64,000 bases of DNA from contig JBAZGN010000002.1 of the NCBI GenBank assembly GCA_041652815.1, forward strand, positions 174,261-238,260. The letters run 5' to 3'. The notes under the pieces are model-generated. The model saw only the letters and a program-made list of their open reading frames with translations, searched no databases and was not told the origin of the DNA. Made by a program: the position numbers and the translations under genes. The stretch is from Candidatus Omnitrophota bacterium. GTDB taxonomy: Bacteria > Omnitrophota > Gorgyraeia > Duberdicusellales > 4484-171. The stretch's first letter is position 1. The number at the start of each line of letters is the position of its first letter. Of this stretch, positions 54,303-63,663 are shown one piece after another.

Positions 54303-56729
54303 ATGAACGCTAAAGAAAAAATAAAGCGCCTTTTAAAAAAGCGAGTGGTTATCCTTGATGGAGCAATGGGTACACAGCTTCATAAGTATGGGATGCCGCA
54401 AGGAATACTACCTGAAATCTGGGCTTTAGAAAATCCTAGAATACTAAAACAGATTCACAGGCAATACCGGCAAGCCGGTTCGGATATTATTTACACTGCG
54501 ACGTTCGGCGCTAACCGGATTAAACTTGGGAACCAAAAAATAAAAAATGTAAAACAAATAAACAAAGATTTATGTTTATTGGCTAAAGAAGCTGCAGGAA
54601 AAAATTGCTTTGTTGCCGGTGACATTGGCCCCTTAGGTGTATTTATTGAGCCTTTTGGCGAACTTCCTTTTGAAGAAGCAGTTGATATTTTCAAAGAACA
54701 AGTGCGCTCTCAACTTTTAGCAGGAGTTGATTTATTCGTTATAGAAACAATGATGGATATACAGGAAGCCCGTGCAGCTCTTATTGCAGTAAGAGAGTTT
54801 TGCGATAAATTTACAATTGTTACGATGACATATGAGGCGAGCGGCCGAACCTTAAACGGAACAAGCCCGCAGGCAGCATTGATTACACTTCAAAGCTTAG
54901 GCGCAGATTGTGTTGGCGCGAATTGTTCAACGGGCCCGGTTGATATGCTTAAAATTGTCAAAAGCCTTAAACCATACGCAACAGTGCCGCTTGCAGTTAA
55001 ACCTAATGCCGGAATGCCTGAACTTGTTTTTGGGCAGGCTCATTTTAGTATGCAGCCACGGGATTTTGGTGTATTTGCGGAAAAATTCGCATCTTACGGC
55101 GTAAATATGTTAGGCGGTTGCTGCGGAACAACCCCAGAACATATACGTGAAGCTAAAATCAAGATAGGCAACAAAAAACCAATTGCGCCGCATAAAAAAC
55201 AATTGAGTGCTTTAAGCTCGGCAAGGAGCGCTTTGATTTTAGAAAAACAAAAAGATGTGTTAATCGTGGGGGAAAGTATAAACCCGACAGGAAAACCCGC
55301 CTTTCAGCAGGAATTAAAAAAAGGTAAAATGGCTTCGGTAGTAAGATTGGCAAATGAGCAAAAACAAAATGGCGCCAACCTGTTAGACGTAAACGTAAGC
55401 GTGCCGCAAGCCAATGAGGAAAAATTGATGATGGAGGCAATTTCCGTGCTTTCTAAGATTACGAATTTGCCTTTAGTGATTGATTCTCCAAATGTAAAAG
55501 TAATTGAAAGAGCGCTTAGGTTTTATCCCGGCCGCGCGCTTATAAATTCAATTTCAGAAGACCCCGTCAAGCTTAAGCCCCTGCTTAATTTAGCAAAAAA
55601 ATACGGCGCGATGTTTATAGTCTTGCCTGTAGCGGGACGCGCTATTCCTAAAAATATTGCCGAACGTAAAAATATAATAAAGAAAATCTTCAATGAAGCG
55701 AAAAAATCAGGTTTTTACAAAGAAGATTTGATTGTGGATTGTCTGGTGCTGACTGTTTCTTCGAAGCCGCAGGCAGCGCAGGATGTTTTAAAGACAATAT
55801 CCTGGTGCAAAAAAATTTTTAAAGCTAATACTATAATTGGCCTTTCAAACATTTCTTTTGGCCTGCCAAAAAGAGATATCGTAAATACAACTTTTCTAAA
55901 TATGGCAAAGGGCCGGGGGCTTTCTCTTGCCATAGCTAATCCTTTGCAAAAGAAAAATTTCATTGATTTAAGGGCAAAAGCGCTTTTGCTAAACAAAAAA
56001 AACGCAGCCGCCAACTTTATAAATTGTTATTCCGGAAAGGCAGACAGCGGAATCAAATACCGCAAACATAAAAAGTTTTCCCCGGAAGAAGAAATATATA
56101 AGGCAGTAATTGAAGGCAACAAGCAGGACATAGCTGTATTTATACGTAATATCTTGAAAGAAGGAAAAAAGCCATTGTCTATAATGCAGGATATTTTAAT
56201 ACCGGCCATCATTAAGGTTGGCGACCTTTTTGAGAAAAAAGAATATTTTCTTCCCCAGCTTATCGCCAGCGCCGAAGCTATGAAACTAGGCACGCAAGTG
56301 CTGCTTCCTTACATCAAAAGAAAAGGCGGAGAAAAGAAGAAAGCAATCGTTATACTTGCAACAGTTGAGGGAGACGTCCACGATATAGGTAAAAACATAG
56401 TTTCGCTTTTACTGGAAAACCACGGATTTAAAATAATTGATTTAGGAAAAGACGTTTCGGCGCAAAAAATAATTCAGGCCATAAAAGTACATAAACCGGA
56501 CATAGTCGGTTTATCTGCTTTAATGACAACCACAATGGTTAATATGAAAAAAGTAATAGAGTTGGCAAAAAGGGAAGGATTAAAGTGCGAATTTATGATT
56601 GGCGGAGCAGTGGTTACAAAGCATTTCGCCGATTCAATAGATGCTGCCTACGCAAAAGACGGAGTTAGTGCCGTGCGCGTTGCGCAAAACTTGTCGTCAA
56701 ACACCTATCTACCATCCGCAACCTCGTAG
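54303..56729 (+). CDS. metH: Cobalamin-dependent methionine synthase core (Hcy-, folate-, B12-binding domains; lacks activation domain)
   Basis: LDGAMGTQL (Hcy domain), pterin-binding region, and the DxHxxG B12 motif GDVHDIGKN. 808 aa. Confidence 0.85.
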   Translation: MNAKEKIKRLLKKRVVILDGAMGTQLHKYGMPQGILPEIWALENPRILKQIHRQYRQAGSDIIYTATFGANRIKLGNQKIKNVKQINKDLCLLAKEAAGKNCFVAGDIGPLGVFIEPFGELPFEEAVDIFKEQVRSQLLAGVDLFVIETMMDIQEARAALIAVREFCDKFTIVTMTYEASGRTLNGTSPQAALITLQSLGADCVGANCSTGPVDMLKIVKSLKPYATVPLAVKPNAGMPELVFGQAHFSMQPRDFGVFAEKFASYGVNMLGGCCGTTPEHIREAKIKIGNKKPIAPHKKQLSALSSARSALILEKQKDVLIVGESINPTGKPAFQQELKKGKMASVVRLANEQKQNGANLLDVNVSVPQANEEKLMMEAISVLSKITNLPLVIDSPNVKVIERALRFYPGRALINSISEDPVKLKPLLNLAKKYGAMFIVLPVAGRAIPKNIAERKNIIKKIFNEAKKSGFYKEDLIVDCLVLTVSSKPQAAQDVLKTISWCKKIFKANTIIGLSNISFGLPKRDIVNTTFLNMAKGRGLSLAIANPLQKKNFIDLRAKALLLNKKNAAANFINCYSGKADSGIKYRKHKKFSPEEEIYKAVIEGNKQDIAVFIRNILKEGKKPLSIMQDILIPAIIKVGDLFEKKEYFLPQLIASAEAMKLGTQVLLPYIKRKGGEKKKAIVILATVEGDVHDIGKNIVSLLLENHGFKIIDLGKDVSAQKIIQAIKVHKPDIVGLSALMTTTMVNMKKVIELAKREGLKCEFMIGGAVVTKHFADSIDAAYAKDGVSAVRVAQNLSSNTYLPSATS

Positions 56730-57447
56730 GTTGCGGATGGTAGATGTATAACTAATATGTTAATTACCGGAGAAGTATATCATACTTTAAATAGAAGTAT
56801 TGTTGATTTTAAAATATTCAACAACATTTCAGATTTTTCGCGGATGAGAGAAGTTCTCTGGTATTATCAATTTGAAAAACTCCCCATAAGTTTTAGCAAA
56901 TTTAACGAATTGGCGACCGACAAAGCAGTTTCTTTTCGAAACGAAATTTCTAGCGGAGTAGATAGCAAGCTTATTGAAATAATTGCTTGGTGCCTTATGC
57001 CTACGCATGTTCACTTAGTATTGAAACAATTAAAAGATAATGGGATTTCAAAATTCATGAGTAATATTCTTAACAGTTATAGCAGGTATTTTAATATTAA
57101 ACATAACAGGAAAGGTCCATTGTGGGAAGGCCGGTTCAAAAAAGTTCTGGTCAAAAGTGATGAACAGCTTTTACATCTGACAAGATATATTCATTTAAAT
57201 CCAGTTACCGCATCTTTGGTAAATAATCCAGAGGATTGGTTTGCTTCGTCTTATAAAGGGTATGTTGGTTTAGATTTAAATGAAAATAATTTATGTTGCT
57301 ACCATAACATTATTGATATTAAACCTGCAACATACAAAAAATTTGTAGAGGATAGGATTTCTTATCAAAGAGAACTTGAAAAAATAAAGCATTTGATTTC
57401 CGAGGAAGCGTAATTTAACCATCCGCAACCTCGTAGGTTGCGGATGG
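56712..57447 (+). mobile_element. REPtron-like unit: RAYT gene bracketed by two identical 29-nt perfect palindromes
   Basis: CCATCCGCAACCTCGTAGGTTGCGGATGG at about 56712-56740 and again at 57419-57447. Confidence 0.7.
56757..57413 (+). CDS. IS200/IS605-like Y1 (HUH) transposase, REP-associated tyrosine transposase (RAYT)-like
   Basis: EVYHTLNRS, HUH motif PTHVHLV and catalytic-Tyr region RYIHLNPV. Confidence 0.8.
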   Translation: MLITGEVYHTLNRSIVDFKIFNNISDFSRMREVLWYYQFEKLPISFSKFNELATDKAVSFRNEISSGVDSKLIEIIAWCLMPTHVHLVLKQLKDNGISKFMSNILNSYSRYFNIKHNRKGPLWEGRFKKVLVKSDEQLLHLTRYIHLNPVTASLVNNPEDWFASSYKGYVGLDLNENNLCCYHNIIDIKPATYKKFVEDRISYQRELEKIKHLISEEA

Positions 57448-57454
57448 TTAAAGA

Positions 57455-58180
57455 ATGATGGGTATGCCTATCTATAAGATAAAAGAAGAGTTAAGGAAAA
57501 ATAGCAATAAAGAAAAAGCAAGAATACTTCAGGGTTTTTTTAAAACTGCCCCCGGCGAATACGGATACGGTGATGTATTTATCGGGGTATGCGTGCCGCA
57601 TATCAGGAAAATTGCAAAAAAATATAAAGAAATAAGTTTAAATTCTATCCGCAAGCTGTTAACATCACGCATACATGAAGAGAGGTTGATTGCGCTTATT
57701 ATTCTTGTTTTAAAATTCGATGAGGCAGATACAGCCGATAGAAAAAAGATTTATGAGCTTTATCTGAAAAACACAGAATACATAAACAACTGGGATTTGG
57801 TTGATTTGACCGCTCCGAATATCGTAGGCAAATTTTTGGCAAATGCAGATAAAAAAATTTTGTATAACCTTGCAAAGTCGAAATCTTTATGGGAAAGAAG
57901 GATTTCGATAGTTTCAACTTTCAATTTTATAAGAAACAATTCTTTTTCCGATACTATTAAAATAGCAAGATTGCTTTTGGCAGATAAAGAAGACTTAATC
58001 CATAAAGCTTGCGGTTGGATGCTGCGCGAGGTTGCCAAAAGAGATAAAACTCTGGTGGACGATTTTTTATCTGAACATCACAAAGATATGCCGCGGGTTA
58101 TGCTTAGGTATACTATAGAAAGATTTCCGGAAAAAGAAAGAAAAGATTATCTTAAAAGCAAAATCGTACACATTTTATGA
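57455..58180 (+). CDS. DNA alkylation repair protein (AlkC/AlkD HEAT-like repeat family)
   Basis: N-terminal pattern ...KARILQGFFKT..GEYGYGDVFIGV..P.IRKIAK typical of PF08713. Confidence 0.7.
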   Translation: MMGMPIYKIKEELRKNSNKEKARILQGFFKTAPGEYGYGDVFIGVCVPHIRKIAKKYKEISLNSIRKLLTSRIHEERLIALIILVLKFDEADTADRKKIYELYLKNTEYINNWDLVDLTAPNIVGKFLANADKKILYNLAKSKSLWERRISIVSTFNFIRNNSFSDTIKIARLLLADKEDLIHKACGWMLREVAKRDKTLVDDFLSEHHKDMPRVMLRYTIERFPEKERKDYLKSKIVHIL

Positions 58181-58289
58181 TGTGGATATTTACTCGCTTA
58201 ATGCACTTACAAAGTTATCGCCAAAATGATAAATTATGATATAATAACATAAATAAGCTTAAAACAAGGCTTGGCGATAAGCCTTAAAA

Positions 58290-59075
58290 ATGTTAGCGCT
58301 AAGGAGGACGTATACGAATAAAAGAATTAATTATCTGCAAAAAAATTTAAGGATTACTTTGCTAATAATTAGTTTATTTTTCCTTTGTGCAACATTCCTG
58401 GTTTCTTCGGTTTTTACCGAAGACGAAGATATCGGCATTCGTTTTCGCGACGGCAGCACAAATGTCCCTATTGCTGTTTGTTCACCTACCAGTGTGTGTC
58501 CATGCACCTCGGCGCTAATGGTTCGTAAAGGTGATAGGAATTATCATATAAATCTTGTAAATACTGGCGATGCTTTGGCGACTAAGATGAGGGTGCAAAC
58601 TCCTGGCGGAGCAACGAGAGCGGCAAAGAGATTTACTCCCCCTGTTGCTAGTGGTAGTTTTACACGTGAAAGTGCTTCGCCTAAGTTTGGTAAAACATGG
58701 GTAGCTTCAATTACCTGTGGTTGCGTCGATGGCACTCAAAGAACAATAGGAACTCGTAGTGATGGTAAGTCATACCCTATAGATGTTACAGCGGCAGTTT
58801 GGAATGCTATTGATACCAAGCACTTAAACATAACTAAACCAAGCGATTATGAACCTATTCTACGCTCAACAGGAGCTTGCGGAAGGGAACCGTTTACCTG
58901 GTATGATAATGGCGGCACCGAGCAAACTGTAGCACTTACAGCTATATGCAGGATACTTGGGTATGATTCTTATATTTCATCCACGTGTCGGGATGAACAA
59001 AGAAGTTTTCCATATACCCAAGGTAAATGTAACTTTCACAGCCATCCTGGTGATCACATGTATCGTTTCCAGTGA
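58290..59075 (+). CDS. Secreted Cys-rich hypothetical protein (261 aa) in a GC-rich islet
   Basis: N-terminal TM/signal, about 14 Cys. Local GC is visibly higher than the flanks. Confidence 0.4.
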   Translation: MLALRRTYTNKRINYLQKNLRITLLIISLFFLCATFLVSSVFTEDEDIGIRFRDGSTNVPIAVCSPTSVCPCTSALMVRKGDRNYHINLVNTGDALATKMRVQTPGGATRAAKRFTPPVASGSFTRESASPKFGKTWVASITCGCVDGTQRTIGTRSDGKSYPIDVTAAVWNAIDTKHLNITKPSDYEPILRSTGACGREPFTWYDNGGTEQTVALTAICRILGYDSYISSTCRDEQRSFPYTQGKCNFHSHPGDHMYRFQ

Positions 59076-59236
59076 TCTAAACATTTAATTTGCTGGTAGA
59101 GCTGTACGATATAAAATCCTAATGATTGTTGGAATAGATATTCGGATTTTTCATATATTCACGGCTAAAAATCGCGTCTTAGGAAGAGAACTATTTGTTA
59201 ATTTTTCAAAGAAAGCTATAATAATATATACGAAAA

Positions 59237-60022
59237 TTGCTAATCTTTTTATATTTTAGGAGGTGTAAGATGGCGACAATTTTTAAATCTTTTCGTAAAA
59301 TTAGTTTTTTATTTATAGTGATTTCCTTTTCTTTTGTCTCTCAGGTTTTTTCTCAGCAGGCAGAAACTGTAACCATTACTACTTATTATCCTGCCCCAAT
59401 GGGAGTGTATGAAAACTTAAGGCTTTTCCCTATCGCTGCTGCGCAGTCTCCTGTTTGCAACGCAAATCAAGAAGGTACGATGTATTACAATAACGATGCC
59501 GGTGAAAATCGGCTGATGGTTTGCAGGGAAACCGCTACGGGTTTTGATTGGGAAGCGGTTGGCGCCAGTTTCTGGACGCAACCCGCCGGAACCGTTTTCC
59601 TTCATACTAATGATGTTAACTGGAATGTAGGTGTTGGTACGGTAGCCCCGGCGAGAAAAATGGAAGTCGCAGACACGGGAACCACGGATCTCGATAGCAT
59701 TAGGGTAACTAGAGAGAATCACAGCGCGGGCATCGGCATCGATCGTAACGGTACATTCTGGGGCACTGGAATCTACCAAGATGGTGTGGAGAGGCTTGTT
59801 CTTGATTCCAACTTTGGTGTCTTAATTGGACAGACCTATCTTGCTGGTAATCCGCCCAACAATGGCCTTCTTGTGGAAGGCAATGTCGGCATTGGAACAA
59901 CGACTCCAGATGGAAGATTGGATGTTGAGGGCGGAACAACCTATCTTGAGAGGCTGGTAATTCGTCCCAGAGCGGGAACCCCGAGCGGCGTTCAAAATGG
60001 AGAGATATGGATTGTTCAATAA
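59237..60022 (+). CDS. Secreted hypothetical protein (261 aa) with Gly/Thr-rich beta-repeat motifs
   Basis: Signal peptide and a good RBS (AGGAGG). Motifs such as NVGIGTTTPDGRLDVEG. Confidence 0.4.
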   Translation: MLIFLYFRRCKMATIFKSFRKISFLFIVISFSFVSQVFSQQAETVTITTYYPAPMGVYENLRLFPIAAAQSPVCNANQEGTMYYNNDAGENRLMVCRETATGFDWEAVGASFWTQPAGTVFLHTNDVNWNVGVGTVAPARKMEVADTGTTDLDSIRVTRENHSAGIGIDRNGTFWGTGIYQDGVERLVLDSNFGVLIGQTYLAGNPPNNGLLVEGNVGIGTTTPDGRLDVEGGTTYLERLVIRPRAGTPSGVQNGEIWIVQ

Positions 60023-60075
60023 AGATAAGTAGTTTTCGAATAAATTGATTCAAGAAAAAACTCATCAAATAGAAT

Positions 60076-60528
60076 ATGACGCTGGAAGATAAAATTTATA
60101 AAGATTACGTTGAAGCGTTAAAGAGCAAAAATCGTCCAAAAAGTGATTTTTTAAGTTTTATACGCGCGGAATTAAAAAACAGCGCAATTGAGCTTAAGAA
60201 AGATAAATTAGATGATAACGAGGTTTTGAGCGCGCTTAAAAAACAGAAGAAGCGCCTGGAAGAATCATATGAGATGATGCAAAAATCACAAAGGGCTGAT
60301 ATCTTGGAAGGCCTTAAGATGGAATTAGCAATTTTAGACGAATATCTTCCGCGTCAGCTTAGCGACAGCGAACTAGCTAATTTAGTTGAAGAGACGGTTA
60401 AAGAGTTGGGAGCCTCATCCATTAAAGATATGGGCCGCGTGATGAAAGAAATCCTTGCCAAAGCAGGCGCAAGCGCTGATTCGAAAAAGGTTAGCGAAAT
60501 TGTAAAAGCAAAACTTACTAACCAATAG
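60076..60528 (+). CDS. GatB/YqeY-domain protein
   Basis: IYKDYVEALKSKNRPKSDFLSFIRAELKN matches the YqeY family N-terminus. Confidence 0.7.
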   Translation: MTLEDKIYKDYVEALKSKNRPKSDFLSFIRAELKNSAIELKKDKLDDNEVLSALKKQKKRLEESYEMMQKSQRADILEGLKMELAILDEYLPRQLSDSELANLVEETVKELGASSIKDMGRVMKEILAKAGASADSKKVSEIVKAKLTNQ

Positions 60529-60568
60529 TAATCCTGCATCTACCGAGTTATTTTTAACGATAAAATTT

Positions 60569-61057
60569 ATGAGAAGTTTGATAGTTTTTTATTCCCATTA
60601 CGGTAATACCGCATTTGTTACTCATAAAGCGTGGAATGAATTAAGAAAGAAAGGCGAGTCTGACATTTTCGAAGTAGAATATGTCGGAGGTAAAAAGAAT
60701 ATAATTACACGTTTTTTCTACAGAATCTTTCCTTTCCTGGTTAAGATAGAACCCATTCCTGTAGATTTGAGCAATTATGATATTTTATTTCTTGGCGTAC
60801 CGGTTTTGGGGGCGCACCCTTCATCTGCCCTTTTAAAATATATAAAATCAATAATAAATGTAGATAGCAAAAGAATTATTTGTTCCTATGTATATGGGGT
60901 TGAATTAAGCGCAAAACATTGCGCAGTCCATATCTCAAAAATTTTAGAAAAAAAAGGCAATCCACTCATAATGAATATATTTATTCCCTGGAGTAACGTC
61001 CACAACGAATCCTTCTTAAATAAAACATTAATTGAACCAATAAATAAGTTAAGCTGA
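60569..61057 (+). CDS. Flavodoxin-like fold protein
   Basis: LIVFYSHYGNTAFV resembles the flavodoxin T/SxxGNT phosphate-binding loop. Confidence 0.4.
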   Translation: MRSLIVFYSHYGNTAFVTHKAWNELRKKGESDIFEVEYVGGKKNIITRFFYRIFPFLVKIEPIPVDLSNYDILFLGVPVLGAHPSSALLKYIKSIINVDSKRIICSYVYGVELSAKHCAVHISKILEKKGNPLIMNIFIPWSNVHNESFLNKTLIEPINKLS

Positions 61058-61065
61058 CTCTGCTT

Positions 61066-61548
61066 ATGAAACGCAAACTTCCGCATAAAAAATATATGCA
61101 GCTTGCAATTTGCGAAGCAAGGAAGAATCTCAGTAAGGTTTGCGGTGGCCCCTTTGGCGCTTGTATAGCAAAGGGGAATAAAGTCATTGCCATAGCCCGC
61201 AACACAGTTTTAAAGAATGATGCCAGCTGTCATGCCGAGATAAATGCCATACGCCTTGCATCGAAAAAACTTAGAACCCATGATCTTTCCGGATGCCGGA
61301 TTTATTCAACTACCGAGCCGTGCCCGATGTGTTTTGCTGCATGCCATTGGGCGAGGATTGGTTCAATAATTTATGGCAACAATATTAGCGATGCAAAGAA
61401 AATAGGTTTCAACGAGCTTTCTATTTCTAACGTTTCAATGAAAAAAATCGGTAAAGCCAAAATCAAAGTTATCCGCGGCGTTTTGCGTAACGATTGTAAC
61501 CGCTTATTTCGCGAGTGGTCAGCGCTTCCTAACAAGCAGTTATACTAA
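61066..61548 (+). CDS. guaD: Guanine deaminase, GuaD type (CDA fold)
   Basis: GGPFGACIAKG...CHAEINAIR...YSTTEPCPMCFAACHWARI closely parallels B. subtilis GuaD blocks (GGPFGAVIVKDG...HAEVTAIR...YTSCEPCPMCLGAIYWAR). Confidence 0.7.
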   Translation: MKRKLPHKKYMQLAICEARKNLSKVCGGPFGACIAKGNKVIAIARNTVLKNDASCHAEINAIRLASKKLRTHDLSGCRIYSTTEPCPMCFAACHWARIGSIIYGNNISDAKKIGFNELSISNVSMKKIGKAKIKVIRGVLRNDCNRLFREWSALPNKQLY

Positions 61549-61561
61549 TTTTTAGTATTTT

Positions 61562-61903
61562 ATGGCGAGAGAGAACTTTAAGAAAAACATAATTGTGAAG
61601 GTTTTGAATACGGCAAACTCAATAGCTTACGAGAAAAATTCTATTGTCAGTAATACAATAGTTAAAAAGAAAAGCGGGACAATTACACTGTTTTCCTTCG
61701 ATTGCGGGCAGGGGTTAAGCGAACATACTGCCCCGTTTGATGCCTTAATTTATATTATTGAAGGCCGTGCCAGGATTTATATTGCCAAGAAGCCTTACAA
61801 GGTTTCAAAGGACAAGATGATTATTTTACCCGCCAACAAACCCCACGCAGTAAAAGCCATCACAAAATTTAAAATGATGCTGGTAATGATTAAATCCAAA
61901 TAG
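61562..61903 (+). CDS. Cupin-domain protein
   Basis: 113 aa. Cupin motif region G..SEH....FDALIYIIEGRARI. Confidence 0.5.
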   Translation: MARENFKKNIIVKVLNTANSIAYEKNSIVSNTIVKKKSGTITLFSFDCGQGLSEHTAPFDALIYIIEGRARIYIAKKPYKVSKDKMIILPANKPHAVKAITKFKMMLVMIKSK

Positions 61904-61987
61904 GCGGAATTTCCAAGCCAAAATCTGTATCTTGCTTCTTTGTGCCCTGATTTAATTTGACATATATAGGTATATTATATATAATCT

Positions 61988-62115
61988 GAGAGGTCGACAG
62001 GTTGTCGACCTCTCATCCCGAAGCCCGAAGGGCTGAAGGATCTAATTAGATCCTTCGTCGCTTCGCTCCTCAGGATGACCCCCTTGCTAATAGAAGAACT
62101 TACCGAGGGGTCATA
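61988..62115. repeat. Family H module, copy 2, plus adjacent hairpin TGAGAGGTCGACAGGTTGTCGACCTCTCA, upstream of lysS
   Basis: gaagcccgaagggctgaaggatctaattagatccttcgtcgcttcgctcctcaggatga. Confidence 0.75.
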
Positions 62116-62127
62116 TAATCTATCAAT

Positions 62128-63573
62128 ATGAGCCGCGAAAAATTAGACAAAATCAGCGCAAATTTCGGTTATCCTTTCCTGGAAACAGCCTTTGATAAGC
62201 CTTTGAGTATCAAGGGAATACTTGATGCTTTTGAGGAAAATAAGGTAGTTAGCATTGCTGGAAGGCTTATTACAAGAAGAGAGCACGGAAAATCCAGCTT
62301 TGCCCACATTATGGATCATACCGGAAAAATTCAGGTTTATGCCCGGTTAGACATTTTGGGCAAGTTTTATGAGCTTTTTAAGGATCTGGATATAGGCGAT
62401 ATTATCGGAGTTAAAGGTAAGCTTTTTAAAACCCACACTGGAGAATTTACTATACTTGTGGAGGAACTTAAATTACTTTCCAAAGCACTTTTGCCTTTAC
62501 CTGAAAAATGGCACGGATTACGCGACGTTGAGATACGCTATCGTCAACGTTATCTTGATCTAATTGCCAATCCGGAAGTTAAAGAAATTTTTCTGAAACG
62601 CTCGCGTATAATTTCACTTATCAGGGAGTTTTTTGATAAGTTGGATTATATGGAAGTTGAAACTCCGATGCTGCATACTATTGCCGGAGGAGCTGCGGGC
62701 AGGCCTTTTGTTACGCATCATAATGCCTTAGACTTCGACGTTTATCTAAGAATAGCTCCCGAGCTTTATCTTAAGCGCCTGCTTGTAGGTGGTTTTGAAA
62801 AGGTCTATGAGATAAACCGAAGTTTCAGAAATGAAGGAATCTCAACCAGGCATTCGCCCGAGTTTACTATGCTTGAAGCCTATTGCTGCTATAAGAATTA
62901 TGATTATATGATGAAGGTGTGCGAAGATTTGTTTTCTCTTCTTGCAAAAGCAATTAACGGAGGCTTGATTATTAATTATCAGGGAGAACAAATAGATTTT
63001 ACACCGCCCTGGCAGAGGATTTCTTTTGCTGAAGTTTTTAAAGACGAGTTTGATATTCTGCCGCAAGACAATCAGGATGTTTTTTTAAAAAAGATTACGG
63101 CAAAACTTAATTTAGGCGGTAAGGGCCTAAGCCGCAGCCAGATTTTAAATATTACCGAGGAGCTTGTTGAGAAAAAGTTTCCCAAAAATAAGCCTGCCTT
63201 CATCGTTGACTTCTTTACCTGGAATTCGCCCCTGGCCAAGAAGAAAAAGGATGACCCTTTGCTTGTTGAACGTTTCGAGCTTTTTATTGCCGGTTTAGAA
63301 GTTGCCAATGCTTATTCGGAATTGAATGACCCGATTGAACAGAGAGAGCGTTTCCAGAAGCAGATGGAAATCGAGGAAGAGCTTCCAAAGAAAATCGATA
63401 ATGATTTTCTAATGAGCCTTGAATACGCTATGCCTCCTGCCACAGGCCTTGGTATTGGCATAGACAGACTGATTATGCTTCTTCTCAATCAGCCTTCAAT
63501 AAGAGATGTGATTCTTTTCCCGTTGCTCAAGCCTCTGAACGAAGAAGACCAAGGGTCAAAAACCGAAGACTAG
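62128..63573 (+). CDS. lysS: Lysyl-tRNA synthetase, class II
   Basis: OB-fold N-domain, class II motifs (FRNEG, GLGIGIDRL), 481 aa. Confidence 0.9.
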   Translation: MSREKLDKISANFGYPFLETAFDKPLSIKGILDAFEENKVVSIAGRLITRREHGKSSFAHIMDHTGKIQVYARLDILGKFYELFKDLDIGDIIGVKGKLFKTHTGEFTILVEELKLLSKALLPLPEKWHGLRDVEIRYRQRYLDLIANPEVKEIFLKRSRIISLIREFFDKLDYMEVETPMLHTIAGGAAGRPFVTHHNALDFDVYLRIAPELYLKRLLVGGFEKVYEINRSFRNEGISTRHSPEFTMLEAYCCYKNYDYMMKVCEDLFSLLAKAINGGLIINYQGEQIDFTPPWQRISFAEVFKDEFDILPQDNQDVFLKKITAKLNLGGKGLSRSQILNITEELVEKKFPKNKPAFIVDFFTWNSPLAKKKKDDPLLVERFELFIAGLEVANAYSELNDPIEQRERFQKQMEIEEELPKKIDNDFLMSLEYAMPPATGLGIGIDRLIMLLLNQPSIRDVILFPLLKPLNEEDQGSKTED

Positions 63574-63663
63574 GCAGGTTGAATTGGTTAAATGATGAAT
63601 ATTTCTAATTCAACTAACTGACCAATCCAACGAATTCACCAAAAGTTTTTGCCTGTATCATAT

